From positions 356,799 to 420,798 of the forward strand of contig DAIDHJ010000001.1 in NCBI GenBank assembly GCA_027451965.1: a stretch of 64,000 nt of DNA. The letters are read 5' to 3'. The position numbers and the translations under genes were made by a program. This DNA comes from Candidatus Adlerbacteria bacterium (lineage in GTDB: Bacteria > Patescibacteriota > Minisyncoccia > Phycocordibacterales > SBAW01). The notes under the pieces are model-generated. The model was not told the origin of the DNA and searched no databases. It worked only from the letters and a program-made list of their open reading frames with translations. Below are positions 10,410-22,565 of the stretch, one piece after another (the stretch's first letter is position 1; each line of letters begins with the position of its first letter).

Positions 10410-10856
10410 CTAATTATTACTACCGCGGAGTAATTCTTGCACTTCGATACGTTCTGCATGAAATGCTTGCTGGAGAATCGGGGTACAAGCTTGTGGCTCA
10501 GCATTTCCGCACATAAATACATCAAGAGCTGCATACCCGTATTCAGGCCACGTATGAATGGAAATATGACTTTCTGCCAATACTGCAACACCTGATACAC
10601 CCCCATTTGGTTCGAAGTGGTGGAGATGGATATGTAGCAAGGTTGCTCTAGCTTTGGTTACACATTCTCGAAGTGTCGCTTCAATATATGCAATATCATC
10701 AAGATGATCTGCGTCATACAGATCGATAATGAGATGTGTACCGGCATAACGAAGGCCATTTCGCTCTATGAAATGATCCTGGACTTCTTCGTAAGGCTGG
10801 GAGGCGCTAGCGACTGGTTTCATTTGCTCGTACTCTGATACGGTCATAGCTGGCAC
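10410..10856 (-). CDS. speH: S-adenosylmethionine decarboxylase proenzyme (class 1, pyruvoyl-dependent)
   Basis: LAESHISIHTWPE self-processing motif. About 130-150 aa, the size of the small bacterial/archaeal form. Confidence 0.8.
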   Translation of the reverse strand: MPAMTVSEYEQMKPVASASQPYEEVQDHFIERNGLRYAGTHLIIDLYDADHLDDIAYIEATLRECVTKARATLLHIHLHHFEPNGGVSGVAVLAESHISIHTWPEYGYAALDVFMCGNAEPQACTPILQQAFHAERIEVQELLRGSNN

Positions 10857-10915
10857 AATAAAAAATTATATCAAAAATTGCAATATGTGGATAATATGCT
10901 GTAAAGTACTAGAGC

Positions 10916-10988
10916 GGGCCCGTAGCTTAGTTGGTAGAGCGCCTCATTTGCAATGAGGAGGTCAGGAGTTCGAATCTCCTCGGGTCCA
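10916..10988 (+). tRNA. tRNA-Ala (anticodon UGC)
   Basis: GGGCCCGTAGCTTAGTTGGTAGAGC...TTTGCAA...GGTTCGAATCTCC, G3:U70. Confidence 0.85.
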
Positions 10989-11174
10989 CACATTCTTTAT
11001 TAGTGTATATCTATATTTGACACAGTGTTGTTTGCTCGATAGGGTAAAACGTATGCACTCTAGTGCAACATATTTCACTACAACCGTTACCACCTGCTGG
11101 ATGGGTATTTTTACCATTCTTACAGGAACTACGCGGAGATAGGGGAGATATGTAATAACCACAACATAGAAACC

Positions 11175-11205
11175 AAATCTCCGGGCACACCGGAGATTTT
11201 TTGTT
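11175..11205 (+). terminator. intrinsic terminator AAATCTCCGG-GCACAC-CCGGAGATTTTTTG
   Basis: 10-bp stem plus T6. Lies about 185 nt downstream of tRNA-Ala(UGC). Confidence 0.65.
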
Positions 11206-11298
11206 CGGACTCTGATGCAAGAAAACTTTTTTGCACCAGCGCCTGAAACAGGATGGCTGGAAAGTTCTTTCTATATCCAAACGAGAAAAGGAGTATCA

Positions 11299-11850
11299 AT
11301 GGAACTTACGCTTACTCCGCAAGACCAAGCCGGTGCACGGTTGGCGATACCTGAAGCGGTGTTCTTTGTGGTCATTCACAGCGATGCAAATCCACATCCG
11401 TGCAGTGTGGAGGTACTCACTGCGTTCCTGGAACGATGGCAATCACTTCCCGATACAAAGAAAGAGGAGTACGTCTCTTGCATTGACGCTTCCATATGCA
11501 CCTCTTCGGAAGAAGTATTGGATCATCTCTCGCTTCTTCCGAAGAGTACGGAGATCGTACTCATTTCCGACGATCCACATAATCGCGTCATCTGTTCGAC
11601 GGCCTCTGTGTCGCTTCTTTCTGAAGCGTTTCCTTCCTATGCTATCTGGTCGGCACAAGTATCCACTCGAACCAAAACAGAAAAGCGGATTACCTGGGCC
11701 GCAGGGTACATCACTGCTATTTACGGAAAGAAAAATCGTCAAAACCCTCCGCAAGGACGAAGAACCGCTCGCGGAACTCGCATCAAGACTCCTCGCGAAC
11801 AAAGAAGATTTTCTCGTAGAAGTGATAGACTTGCTTCTATGTACTTCTGA
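11299..11850 (+). CDS. hypothetical protein (Arg-rich C-terminal tail)
   Basis: AAAGGAG RBS before ATG 11299. Two overlapping ORF-track frames here; this one has the RBS and is followed by a terminator. Confidence 0.45.
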   Translation: MELTLTPQDQAGARLAIPEAVFFVVIHSDANPHPCSVEVLTAFLERWQSLPDTKKEEYVSCIDASICTSSEEVLDHLSLLPKSTEIVLISDDPHNRVICSTASVSLLSEAFPSYAIWSAQVSTRTKTEKRITWAAGYITAIYGKKNRQNPPQGRRTARGTRIKTPREQRRFSRRSDRLASMYF

Positions 11851-11854
11851 ATTT

Positions 11855-11892
11855 CATCGCCGCAACTATATCAGTTGCGGCGATTATTTTTA
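11855..11892 (+). terminator. intrinsic terminator ATCGCCGCAACT-loop-AGTTGCGGCGAT + TATTTTT
   Basis: 12-bp perfect stem followed by a T-rich run. Confidence 0.7.
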
Positions 11893-11937
11893 GTAAGACT
11901 TGTAGATGTTTTATGCTAGAATGCGGCTATCTTACAT

Positions 11938-12690
11938 ATGCACAACGGTCTTGAAATATCGCTTGCAGCACAGCGAATAGGGAATCTTTTTGGTCTCCCT
12001 ATTCCCAATACGCTCATTACGGAATGGGTAGTGATGGGCGTACTCATCCTCATTGCTGTATTAGCTGGGCGAAAAATCACCCTGATTCCCGGAAAAGTGC
12101 AGAATTTTTTTGAAATGCTTTTTGAATATGTGCTTGAGTACATGGAAAAGACATTTGAAAGTAGGGATTTGGCAGAGAAATTTTTTCCTCTCATCATGAC
12201 CATTTTTCTATTCGTTCTGACCTCCAATCTGTTTGATTTTTTGCCGATATTTGGCAGTCTCGGATTTACTAAGCAAGGCCACTTCATTCCGCTTTTCCGA
12301 CCAGTGAACACGGATTTGAACGTAACGCTCGCACTCGCGATTATTTCCTATGTGGTCATTGAAATTACCGGCATTACAACGCTCGGTTTCTTGAAATACG
12401 CTTCAAAATTTGTTAATTTCAAGGGAGGCGTCATCGGTTTTTTTGTCGGACTCATGGAGTTAATCAGTAATACTGCGCGCCTCGTGTCTTTTTCGTTTCG
12501 ATTGTTCGGCAATATCTTCGCGGGAGAGGTATTGATCGCTATCGTATCACTCTTTGTGCCTTATATTCTTCCCGTGCCGCTGCTCATGTTCGAGACATTC
12601 GTTGCGGTTGTGCAGGCTGTTGTATTCGCGCTACTGACACTTATTTTTGTGAAGATAGCAATTACCGAGCCGCATCACACACATGCGTAA
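11938..12690 (+). CDS. atpB: F0F1 ATP synthase subunit a
   Basis: Polytopic membrane protein with the conserved R-containing helix (LSFSFRLFGNIFAGE). Confidence 0.9.
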   Translation: MHNGLEISLAAQRIGNLFGLPIPNTLITEWVVMGVLILIAVLAGRKITLIPGKVQNFFEMLFEYVLEYMEKTFESRDLAEKFFPLIMTIFLFVLTSNLFDFLPIFGSLGFTKQGHFIPLFRPVNTDLNVTLALAIISYVVIEITGITTLGFLKYASKFVNFKGGVIGFFVGLMELISNTARLVSFSFRLFGNIFAGEVLIAIVSLFVPYILPVPLLMFETFVAVVQAVVFALLTLIFVKIAITEPHHTHA

Positions 12691-12707
12691 TTATTAATAG
12701 TTTTTAA

Positions 12708-12941
<234 letters not shown>

Positions 12942-12948
12942 CGCATAA

Positions 12949-13395
12949 ATGGCTTCAGTTCTTGGTGTATTCGGTATTGACTGGCACCTGCTCGTCATCA
13001 ATCTTATCAATTTCTCCATTTTGCTTGGAGCATTGACCTATTTCCTGTATCGACCGATTACGAAAACACTTGATGCACGAAGGGAAAAAGTGGCTCAGGG
13101 AGTAAAAGACGCAGAGATGGCTGCACAACACTTGAAGGATATTGAAGCAGCGGAGAGCGAACGAATGACGGAAGCTACCGCAACCGCAGAGAAACTCATC
13201 GCTGATGCTCGGGCGGTAGCGCTTGCTAAAGAGCATGAAATTGTCGCTCGAGGAGAAACTGCTGCTACGGCAATGCTCAGCGAAGCAAAACTGCAGGCAG
13301 CGGAGCTCCAAAGAGAAGCGATCACAAAAAGTAAAGAGGAAGTTGCAAAACTGATTGTGCTCGGAATGGAGCGCACCATGAAAACACAAAAATAA
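12949..13395 (+). CDS. atpF: F0F1 ATP synthase subunit b
   Basis: N-terminal TM helix then a long charged coiled coil. Position in operon supports the call. Confidence 0.8.
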   Translation: MASVLGVFGIDWHLLVINLINFSILLGALTYFLYRPITKTLDARREKVAQGVKDAEMAAQHLKDIEAAESERMTEATATAEKLIADARAVALAKEHEIVARGETAATAMLSEAKLQAAELQREAITKSKEEVAKLIVLGMERTMKTQK

Positions 13396-13396
13396 T

Positions 13397-13654
13397 ATGA
13401 CTACTGCCTTACAATACGCTCGCGCGCTCCACGAGACACTCAAAGCGCATCCCAAAGAAGAAAATATGTACCTCAAGCGTACTATTGCAGCACTGCGAGC
13501 TCGCGGACATGAGCGGCTCTTGCCGCAGATATATGCGGAATATAAAAAACTGTTGCTCCGGGAAGAGCGTAAAGCACGCTCTGAACACTATACTCCGGAA
13601 CAAGAGCGCACCCGAGTGCTTCTTGAGCTTTATCAGACTCTCATACACGCATGA
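13397..13654 (+). CDS. atpH: F0F1 ATP synthase subunit delta, short (85 aa; N-terminal OSCP-like part only)
   Basis: Sits between atpF and atpA. Helical, with ARALHETL-type start. About half the usual length. Confidence 0.6.
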   Translation: MTTALQYARALHETLKAHPKEENMYLKRTIAALRARGHERLLPQIYAEYKKLLLREERKARSEHYTPEQERTRVLLELYQTLIHA

Positions 13655-15210
13655 ATACATTTATAGAACAATTTAAAAAAGAGATAGAAGGATTTGTTCC
13701 CTCTGATCGACCGGCGAATGTAGGCATCGTCACGCGTGTGAGCGATGGTGTTGCGGAAGTTGAAGGACTCAATCATGCCGTTATGGCAGAAATGGTGCGA
13801 TTTGATACTGCACATGGCAAAACGCTTGAAAGTGCTATTCAGGAACCAAAAGAGGTCTATGGATTGGTACTCAATCTTGAAGAAGATCTTGTGCGCCTTG
13901 TGATTTTGGGAGATGTCGCGCTGGTCCATGAAGGGATGCCGGTTATGACCACAGGAAAGGTGCTTTCCATTCCGGTAGGAGAAGCGCTCATCGGCAGGGT
14001 AGTCTCCCCCTTGGGAGAGGCACTCGATGGACAAGGCCCTATAACGGCAAAAAAGCAGCAGCCGATTGAACGGGAGGCATACGGCGTGATAGACCGAGAA
14101 TCGGTCAATACACCGCTGCAAACGGGCATCAAGGCAATTGATTCTATGATTCCGATTGGTCGCGGACAGCGAGAACTCATTATCGGTGACCGGTATACCG
14201 GAAAGACAACGATTGCCATCGATACCATTCTCAACCAGCGCAATGAGCCGAAAGAAACACGTCCTATCTGTATTTACGTATCCATTGGACAGAAGGAATC
14301 AAAAACGGCTCGCCTGGTAGCGCAACTGCGCGAACTCGGTGCCATGGACTACACGATTGTCGTCGATGCAGGAGCATCTGCTCCTGCGGCACTCCAATAC
14401 TTAGCTCCATTTGCCGGAGCGGCAATTGGAGAGTATTTCATGGAGCAGGGGAAAGACGCACTCGTTGTGTATGACGATCTTTCCAAACATGCCATTGCTT
14501 ATCGACAGCTCTCACTCCTCCTGCGCCGTCCGCCAGGCAGAGAAGCCTATCCGGGTGATATTTTTTATTTGCATTCCCGACTGCTTGAACGTGCGGCAAA
14601 ACTGTCCAAAGAAAAAGGAGGTGGATCACTCACAGCGCTTCCCATTATTGAAACGCAGGAGAACGATGTCTCTGCCTACATTCCGACGAACGTGATTTCG
14701 ATTACCGACGGACAGATCTTTTTGGAAACGGATCTTTTTAACAAAGGCATGCGTCCGGCTATCAACGCCGGTATTTCCGTCTCTCGTGTGGGATCCGCCG
14801 CGCAGACCAAGGCAATGAAAAAGGTCTCAGGAAAAATCCGCTTGGAACTGGCGCAGTTCCGTGATCTCGAAGCATTCATGCAGTTTTCTCAGGATTTGGA
14901 TGCAGAGACGAAGAAACGCATCGACTTCGGACAGCGACTGACTGCCATACTCAAGCAAAAAAACGGTACTCCAATGCCCTTTGAAGCCCAGACGATCGTC
15001 ATCTATATGGCCATTAACGGCTACTTGGGAGGCACGGCGGTCGCTCAGGTACCGCTGGTTGAACAAACGTTCCTCGACTTCCTTTCAGTCGAAGCGCCGG
15101 AGCTGCTTCCCAGCGTCAAAGAAAAACGGGATTTGACTCCAGAATTGGAGGCAGATCTCAAAAAAGAGCTGGAACGGTTTACGAAGACGCATCCGCATCT
15201 TTTCCAATAA
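13651..15210 (+). CDS. atpA: F0F1 ATP synthase subunit alpha
   Basis: GDRYTGKT Walker A and alpha-specific blocks. Confidence 0.95.
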   Translation: MNTFIEQFKKEIEGFVPSDRPANVGIVTRVSDGVAEVEGLNHAVMAEMVRFDTAHGKTLESAIQEPKEVYGLVLNLEEDLVRLVILGDVALVHEGMPVMTTGKVLSIPVGEALIGRVVSPLGEALDGQGPITAKKQQPIEREAYGVIDRESVNTPLQTGIKAIDSMIPIGRGQRELIIGDRYTGKTTIAIDTILNQRNEPKETRPICIYVSIGQKESKTARLVAQLRELGAMDYTIVVDAGASAPAALQYLAPFAGAAIGEYFMEQGKDALVVYDDLSKHAIAYRQLSLLLRRPPGREAYPGDIFYLHSRLLERAAKLSKEKGGGSLTALPIIETQENDVSAYIPTNVISITDGQIFLETDLFNKGMRPAINAGISVSRVGSAAQTKAMKKVSGKIRLELAQFRDLEAFMQFSQDLDAETKKRIDFGQRLTAILKQKNGTPMPFEAQTIVIYMAINGYLGGTAVAQVPLVEQTFLDFLSVEAPELLPSVKEKRDLTPELEADLKKELERFTKTHPHLFQ

Positions 15211-15213
15211 CCT

Positions 15214-17507
<2,294 letters not shown>

Positions 17508-17509
17508 CT

Positions 17510-17737
17510 ATGCATGTCACCATCGCAACGGTAAATGAAGTGTTGTATGACGGTACCGCTCAGTCTATGACGGTACCGGGAGCGGATGGGGAGATGACCT
17601 TGCTTGCAAAACACATGCCGCTCATCACGACCCTCAAAGAGGGGACAATTACACTCCGGAATGGAGACACTAGAGAATTTCCTATCACTGAAGGGATCTT
17701 GGAAGTTGGACGAGAGGGCGTCGTTGTGATTTTATAA
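17510..17737 (+). CDS. atpC: F0F1 ATP synthase subunit epsilon, short (75 aa; beta-sandwich only, no C-terminal helical hairpin)
   Basis: Operon position and an N-terminal epsilon-like beta-rich sequence. Stop after 75 aa. Confidence 0.7.
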   Translation: MHVTIATVNEVLYDGTAQSMTVPGADGEMTLLAKHMPLITTLKEGTITLRNGDTREFPITEGILEVGREGVVVIL

Positions 17738-17749
17738 TCTCGTTTGTTT

Positions 17750-17822
17750 GGGCCCATAGCTCATCTGGTAGAGCGCATCCATGGCATGGATGAGGTGAGG
17801 GGTTCGAGCCCCCTTGGGTCCA
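17750..17822 (+). tRNA. tRNA-Ala (anticodon GGC)
   Basis: GGGCCCATAGCTCATCTGGTAGAGC...ATGGCAT...GGTTCGAGCCCC, G3:U70. Confidence 0.85.
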
Positions 17823-17959
17823 CCGATTCTGAATTTTGATCAGATTTAAATATTAAAGATATGTAACTCACTATCTTATCTGTAAAATAGTGGTATAGTA
17901 TCGCTAATTGTTCTTTCCTCCGTTGTTTTTATCTTTATAAATCAATAATATATAGTCGT

Positions 17960-18487
17960 ATGTCAAATCTCCACAAAGCAATTTTTATAGCGCTCGGTGT
18001 CTTTCTTTTTTGCAGTACTCCGTTTGTTTCTGTACATGCACAAACCGTATTTCCTTCATACGGATGTCCTATGAGTTATTGGAATTCATATAATTGCGGT
18101 AACAACTACTACAACAACGGGTATTACAACGGTAATAGCTATTACTATAATAATCCGTACCAGACGTACTACTATTACGATCTTTCATCACCGTATGGAT
18201 ATAGCAACTATCCGTATAACACGACACAGCCGTACTACGGAAACTATAACTACAACTACTACAATAATTACAACAATGGCTACCCGTATTCGTATTACGG
18301 CAATTACAACAACTACTACTCATCAAATATTTATGGAGGAGGATACTGGGGCTATTGCTACCAAACAGTAGCGCCAAACTACGGACCGTCATATAAGTAT
18401 CCGTGCTACTACCCGTACAACACCAACTCCTATTACGGCAACTACAATAACTACTACAACAACGGGTACTATTATCCTGGCTACTAA
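17960..18487 (+). CDS. secreted low-complexity protein with extreme Tyr/Asn/Gly content (YN-rich, 4 Cys)
   Basis: Signal peptide (ALGVFLFCSTPFVSVHA-QT) then about 145 aa dominated by Y, N, G, P and S. No domain recognised. Confidence 0.6.
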   Translation: MSNLHKAIFIALGVFLFCSTPFVSVHAQTVFPSYGCPMSYWNSYNCGNNYYNNGYYNGNSYYYNNPYQTYYYYDLSSPYGYSNYPYNTTQPYYGNYNYNYYNNYNNGYPYSYYGNYNNYYSSNIYGGGYWGYCYQTVAPNYGPSYKYPCYYPYNTNSYYGNYNNYYNNGYYYPGY

Positions 18488-18489
18488 CG

Positions 18490-18735
18490 TTACTGTAAGA
18501 CTCCTCGTTCAGTTAGATACGCTTTGACCTGATCTACATCAGAGTCAGGCAGTAAATGACCATCAATATCGAGTGTGGGGGATTTAGATTGTCCCGTTTT
18601 TTCTAGCACTTCTTTTTCATATGCCGGATTTTGGAAGATATTCCGTTCATCAAACGGAATGTTCTGCGTGCGTAAAAAATCTTTCACATCTTCCGCCCAT
18701 CCGCAGTTTGTTTTGGTATAGATAATGATATGCAT
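18490..18735 (-). CDS. glutaredoxin-like protein (monothiol, CGWA in place of CxxC)
   Basis: IYTKTNCGW...NIPFDERNI...SPTLDIDGHLL matches the Grx/NrdH-like thioredoxin fold pattern. Confidence 0.55.
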   Translation of the reverse strand: MHIIIYTKTNCGWAEDVKDFLRTQNIPFDERNIFQNPAYEKEVLEKTGQSKSPTLDIDGHLLPDSDVDQVKAYLTERGVLQ

Positions 18736-18788
18736 AGTTGGTCTCTAGTATAGCAAAAGCAGCCCATCAAATACCTTCAATGAGCTGC

Positions 18789-19022
18789 TTATTCCGGCCG
18801 TATGATAAGCCAGCGTTTATAGCTTTCTACGGAAGGAGGGTTACCAATCCATGTTGTAGGAACTGGTTTCCAGGTATGACCCTTGACTTCGTTTACCATG
18901 TCTCCTTCCTCTACGATATCGTTATCCTTATGTCGTACCTCTCTTCCTCTGATCGTGTTTGGAGGATCATCTTTATTCCAAGGAGGACCGTTAGGATGTT
19001 TATGTGTAGCTAAAGGACCCAT
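18789..19022 (-). CDS. hypothetical small protein (77 aa)
   Basis: AGAGGAG RBS 6 nt before ATG on the minus strand. No homology recognised. Confidence 0.4.
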   Translation of the reverse strand: MGPLATHKHPNGPPWNKDDPPNTIRGREVRHKDNDIVEEGDMVNEVKGHTWKPVPTTWIGNPPSVESYKRWLIIRPE

Positions 19023-19112
19023 GCGCACCTCCTCTGGAGGTTATACTCCTCATCCTTTTATTTCGCAATTTACGGCAGAAAGAGGTATGTATTTATCTGT
19101 TATACTTTTTAT

Positions 19113-19937
19113 ATGATCTTTGTAGCAGGATTAACTCTTGCTTTTTACCTCATGCAGCAGTTCGGCATGATGCTCGGGTTTGGTGCGGAAATGGTACTTC
19201 TTTTTACCTATCTTGCAGGCCGTCGCAAAGGAGTCATTAACGAAACAGAAGATGGCATTGCGCACGGCATCTACCACATTCTTGTTTTCTCCTTATGTTT
19301 TATCATTATTTCCGGTGTTGGTATTACCGGCATCCACTTCGCCTCTTTGCAGTTCAGTGTACTAGCATCCCCAGCGTTCGTCATTAAATGGATTCTCATT
19401 ATCATTGCCGCCGTCTTGGCGTTTCTGCTTCGCGGGTTTCGTATTTGGAATAGTGCGCTGGAAGGAATCTCAGGAGCGAATTGGGGAGCGCTCTTTCTGC
19501 TCCATATCTTTGCTCCCATTACGACCTACTTCGTACTGATCAAGCTCTATATTGAATTTGTCGCAGTATTTCTCATCCTGTGGTACCTCGTCATAGTTGT
19601 ACTACGCCTCAAGCCTGCGGTCATGCAAAAAGTCGCACCGGCTCGCCCGCAAACAACAACAGCAGAGTATATGCTTCCGCAACAATCGTTCTTTTTTCAA
19701 TTGCAATCATTTTTTACCTCACTTTCTTCTATTCATCTACCTTTTCTGAAGCAATCCGCTCCGCCTGCCGCTACCGTTAAAACAGAACCAGCTACACCGA
19801 AGATTCCTACACAACCTCAGCCAATCATTTTTTCTCCGGAGCGAACCACAGAGCTTCCGCCAATTCATGTGATGCCACAATCAGAAGAGGAATTACTGCA
19901 ACGGAACAGCAGAGAAGGTGATATAAAGGAAGTATGA
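19113..19937 (+). CDS. hypothetical polytopic membrane protein with Pro-rich C-terminal tail
   Basis: About 6 hydrophobic helices. ATGA overlap with the next gene. Confidence 0.5.
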   Translation: MIFVAGLTLAFYLMQQFGMMLGFGAEMVLLFTYLAGRRKGVINETEDGIAHGIYHILVFSLCFIIISGVGITGIHFASLQFSVLASPAFVIKWILIIIAAVLAFLLRGFRIWNSALEGISGANWGALFLLHIFAPITTYFVLIKLYIEFVAVFLILWYLVIVVLRLKPAVMQKVAPARPQTTTAEYMLPQQSFFFQLQSFFTSLSSIHLPFLKQSAPPAATVKTEPATPKIPTQPQPIIFSPERTTELPPIHVMPQSEEELLQRNSREGDIKEV

Positions 19938-20548
19938 AGTTCTTTCACGATATCGAACAGAAAAAAATTCTTATCCTGATCGGTCATCCAGACTCCGGCG
20001 ATACCCTTACCTCGCAACTCGCGCTTCTGTATGAGACTGCGGCAAAAGCTGCCGGTCATGAGGTGCACACATTCCATCTGGCAAAGCTGCAGTTCGACCC
20101 TATCCTTCATAAGGGATATAAAGTGATTCAAGCGCTGGAGCCAGATTTGCAAGAAATGGAGCGTCAACTTGCCTGGTGCGACCATTTTGTAGTGTTCTAT
20201 CCCACCTGGTGGTGCAGCATGCCCGCACTCCTCAAGGGGTTGTTTGACCGCATGTGGCTGCCCGGATTCTGCTTTAACTACTATAAGGAAGGATGGCGCC
20301 AGCATCTCCATCTCTGGAAGAAAAAAATGCGAGGAAAAACAGCCCGAGTCATTGCGCTTTCCGGATCCGCGCCATTTTTTATCTGGATGCTCTTCGGCGA
20401 TTACACCAATGAAATTACCCGAGGCATTTTGTGGTTCGCAGGCTTCAAAGTGCGAGTGACGCGATTCGGCCCCTCTGAAGTTGCACCCGAATGGAAGCGC
20501 AATGAGTGGCGCCGCTTTGTTACCCGCCTTGGCAAAATAGGGGAATAA
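19934..20548 (+). CDS. flavodoxin-like fold NAD(P)H dehydrogenase (quinone) family protein
   Basis: ILILIGHPDSGDTLTSQLA N-terminus typical of the Flavodoxin_2/NQO/KefF-MdaB family. Confidence 0.6.
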   Translation: MKFFHDIEQKKILILIGHPDSGDTLTSQLALLYETAAKAAGHEVHTFHLAKLQFDPILHKGYKVIQALEPDLQEMERQLAWCDHFVVFYPTWWCSMPALLKGLFDRMWLPGFCFNYYKEGWRQHLHLWKKKMRGKTARVIALSGSAPFFIWMLFGDYTNEITRGILWFAGFKVRVTRFGPSEVAPEWKRNEWRRFVTRLGKIGE

Positions 20549-20563
20549 CCCTAGTATGCCTTC

Positions 20564-21664
20564 ATGGGACTTTCTATAGGCATTGTCGGGCTTCCCAACG
20601 TGGGAAAATCAACGTTGTTTCAGGCACTCACCCGCAAAAATGTGCTCATCGCTAACTATCCGTTTGCTACTATCGATCCATCGGTCGGCGTCGTTCCGGT
20701 GCCTGATGAGCGGGTAGATCGTTTGGCAGCATTCAGTAATTCAGAGAAAAAGATTCCGGCGATCGTGGAGTTCGTTGATATCGCAGGACTTGTTAAAGGA
20801 GCAAGTGAGGGAGAGGGATTGGGAAACCAGTTTCTCTCTCACATACGAGAAGTAGATGCCATCGCCCATGTTGTGCGTCTCTTTGATGATCCCAATATCA
20901 CTCATGTAAGCGCGGAAGTGGATCCTATGCAGGATATTGAAACCATTACCTTTGAACTGGTCTTGGCAGATCTTGAGACGGTGCAAAAGCGTTTAGGAAC
21001 CTTGGAGCGAGAATTGCGCAGAGGAGTCAAAGAAGCGGTGGTAGAAGGAGAAGCGCTCCAAAAAGTACATGTGTTTCTTAAAAGCGGTATTGCGCCACAG
21101 CGCAGCAATTTCACTGATGCTGAACTGGCTGCACTCAAAGGTCTTCATCTGCTTACTCTCAAACCAATGCTCTATGTGCTTAATCGGCAAAGCGAAGGGC
21201 ACAACCTTGATGAAGTGCAGGACGGACGATTTGCTCGTCTCAAAGAATTTTTTGACCATACGCATGCGCAATACGTGTTTGTCGATGCACAGGTAGAAAA
21301 TGATCTGCGTGATCTACAGTCGGAAGATAAGACGGTATTTCGGCAGGAGTACGGCATGAGCGACGATGGACTCAATACCCTCATTACTGCCAGTTACCGT
21401 CTCCTCAATCTCATTTCGTTCTTCACGACCGGTACCGATGAAACTCGCGCTTGGACAATTCAGCAAGGTTCAAGTGCTCCTGAGGCGGGGGCTGCCATCC
21501 ATTCTGATTTTCGGGATAAATTTATTCGCGCTGAAGTTATCCAATGGGACACACTCCTTGATGCCGGATCATACGCAAAGGCCCGTGAACAAGGGCTCAT
21601 CCGCACCGAAGGAAAAGAATACCTAGTGAAAGATGGTGATGTGATAGAATTTTTACACAGTTAA
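20564..21664 (+). CDS. ychF: redox-regulated ribosome-binding ATPase YchF
   Basis: GIVGLPNVGKSTLF, TGS C-terminal domain. 366 aa. Confidence 0.95.
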   Translation: MGLSIGIVGLPNVGKSTLFQALTRKNVLIANYPFATIDPSVGVVPVPDERVDRLAAFSNSEKKIPAIVEFVDIAGLVKGASEGEGLGNQFLSHIREVDAIAHVVRLFDDPNITHVSAEVDPMQDIETITFELVLADLETVQKRLGTLERELRRGVKEAVVEGEALQKVHVFLKSGIAPQRSNFTDAELAALKGLHLLTLKPMLYVLNRQSEGHNLDEVQDGRFARLKEFFDHTHAQYVFVDAQVENDLRDLQSEDKTVFRQEYGMSDDGLNTLITASYRLLNLISFFTTGTDETRAWTIQQGSSAPEAGAAIHSDFRDKFIRAEVIQWDTLLDAGSYAKAREQGLIRTEGKEYLVKDGDVIEFLHS

Positions 21665-21668
21665 TACC

Positions 21669-22556
21669 ATGGAAAGCACTTCAGAAAAAATACCAACAAC
21701 TCCAAAGGATTTCTTTTTGTGGCTCGGCATCATCATTACGCTGTATTGGAGTATTCTCTCTCTTGGACATCTTCTTTTCCTCTATATTACCTATCACTTC
21801 GCAAGCGGAATCGATACATTTGATCCGTATCAAAGCGGCATAAGTTTTGACATGGCGTCGATACTGGTGCTCTTTCCGCTCTTTTTGATTCTATCGACTC
21901 TGGTATATCAAGATAGAAAAAAAGATGTCACAAAAGATCGTGTGTGGGTGCGCCGTTGGGCAATCTTTTTGACGCTCTTTTTGAGCGGTATTGCCTTGGC
22001 AGCTGACCTTATCACTCTCCTCAACACCTTTTTCAACGGGAATGACATCGCCACTGCGTTCCTTTTGAAAGTGGCAGTCGTCTTCCTTCTTTCGGTGGCA
22101 GTGTTTTGGTATTTCACTCTGGAGTTGCGTGGTTATTGGTATGCCCGCGGCAAAGCCCTCATGACTACCGGCGGCGTCGCACTGCTCCTGGTCCTAAGCA
22201 TTATTGGAATCGGCTTTTTAATCGTCGGCTCTCCACAGCATGCGCGCATGGTACGCATGGATGCACAGCGCATTTCAGATCTACAAGCACTGCAGTCAGA
22301 CATTAATGTGTACTACGCTCAACGACACACTCTTCCAACATCACTCAGTGATCTCGAGAGTATTGGATTTGCGTTGCCTGCTGATCCTTCCACGGGTGCT
22401 CAGTACGGATATACCATTACGCAACAAACCGGATTTTCTTTGTGTGCTACGTTTGCCGCTTCCGGTACCTCTCAAGTGCCAGGAGGATTTCTCTCACAAG
22501 AGATGTGGAGTCATGGAGCAGGATATACCTGTTTTGCGCGCGCTGCCGGATACTAA
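21669..22556 (+). CDS. membrane protein with C-terminal type IV pilin-like (prepilin-fold) domain
   Basis: Four N-terminal TM helices. C-terminus RISDLQALQSDINVYYAQRHTLPTSL...DPSTGAQYGYT...LCATF resembles pilin-like domains. Confidence 0.45.
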   Translation: MESTSEKIPTTPKDFFLWLGIIITLYWSILSLGHLLFLYITYHFASGIDTFDPYQSGISFDMASILVLFPLFLILSTLVYQDRKKDVTKDRVWVRRWAIFLTLFLSGIALAADLITLLNTFFNGNDIATAFLLKVAVVFLLSVAVFWYFTLELRGYWYARGKALMTTGGVALLLVLSIIGIGFLIVGSPQHARMVRMDAQRISDLQALQSDINVYYAQRHTLPTSLSDLESIGFALPADPSTGAQYGYTITQQTGFSLCATFAASGTSQVPGGFLSQEMWSHGAGYTCFARAAGY

Positions 22557-22565
22557 CGCTCGAGT

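Noticed and set aside
11215-11893. Two long overlapping plus-strand ORFs (211 and 220 aa) in different frames
   Set aside because: Only the frame starting at ATG 11299 has an SD (AAAGGAG). The other frame was treated as spurious. Even the retained gene is low-confidence.
13095-14243. Several 90-170-aa minus-strand ORFs inside atpF/atpA/atpG/atpD
   Set aside because: Antisense to highly conserved ATP synthase genes. No start signals. Typical shadow ORFs.
18069-18392. 107-aa minus-strand ORF antisense to the Y/N-rich gene
   Set aside because: Artefact of low-complexity codon repeats (TAC/AAC runs). No RBS, and it lies wholly inside a better-supported plus-strand gene.
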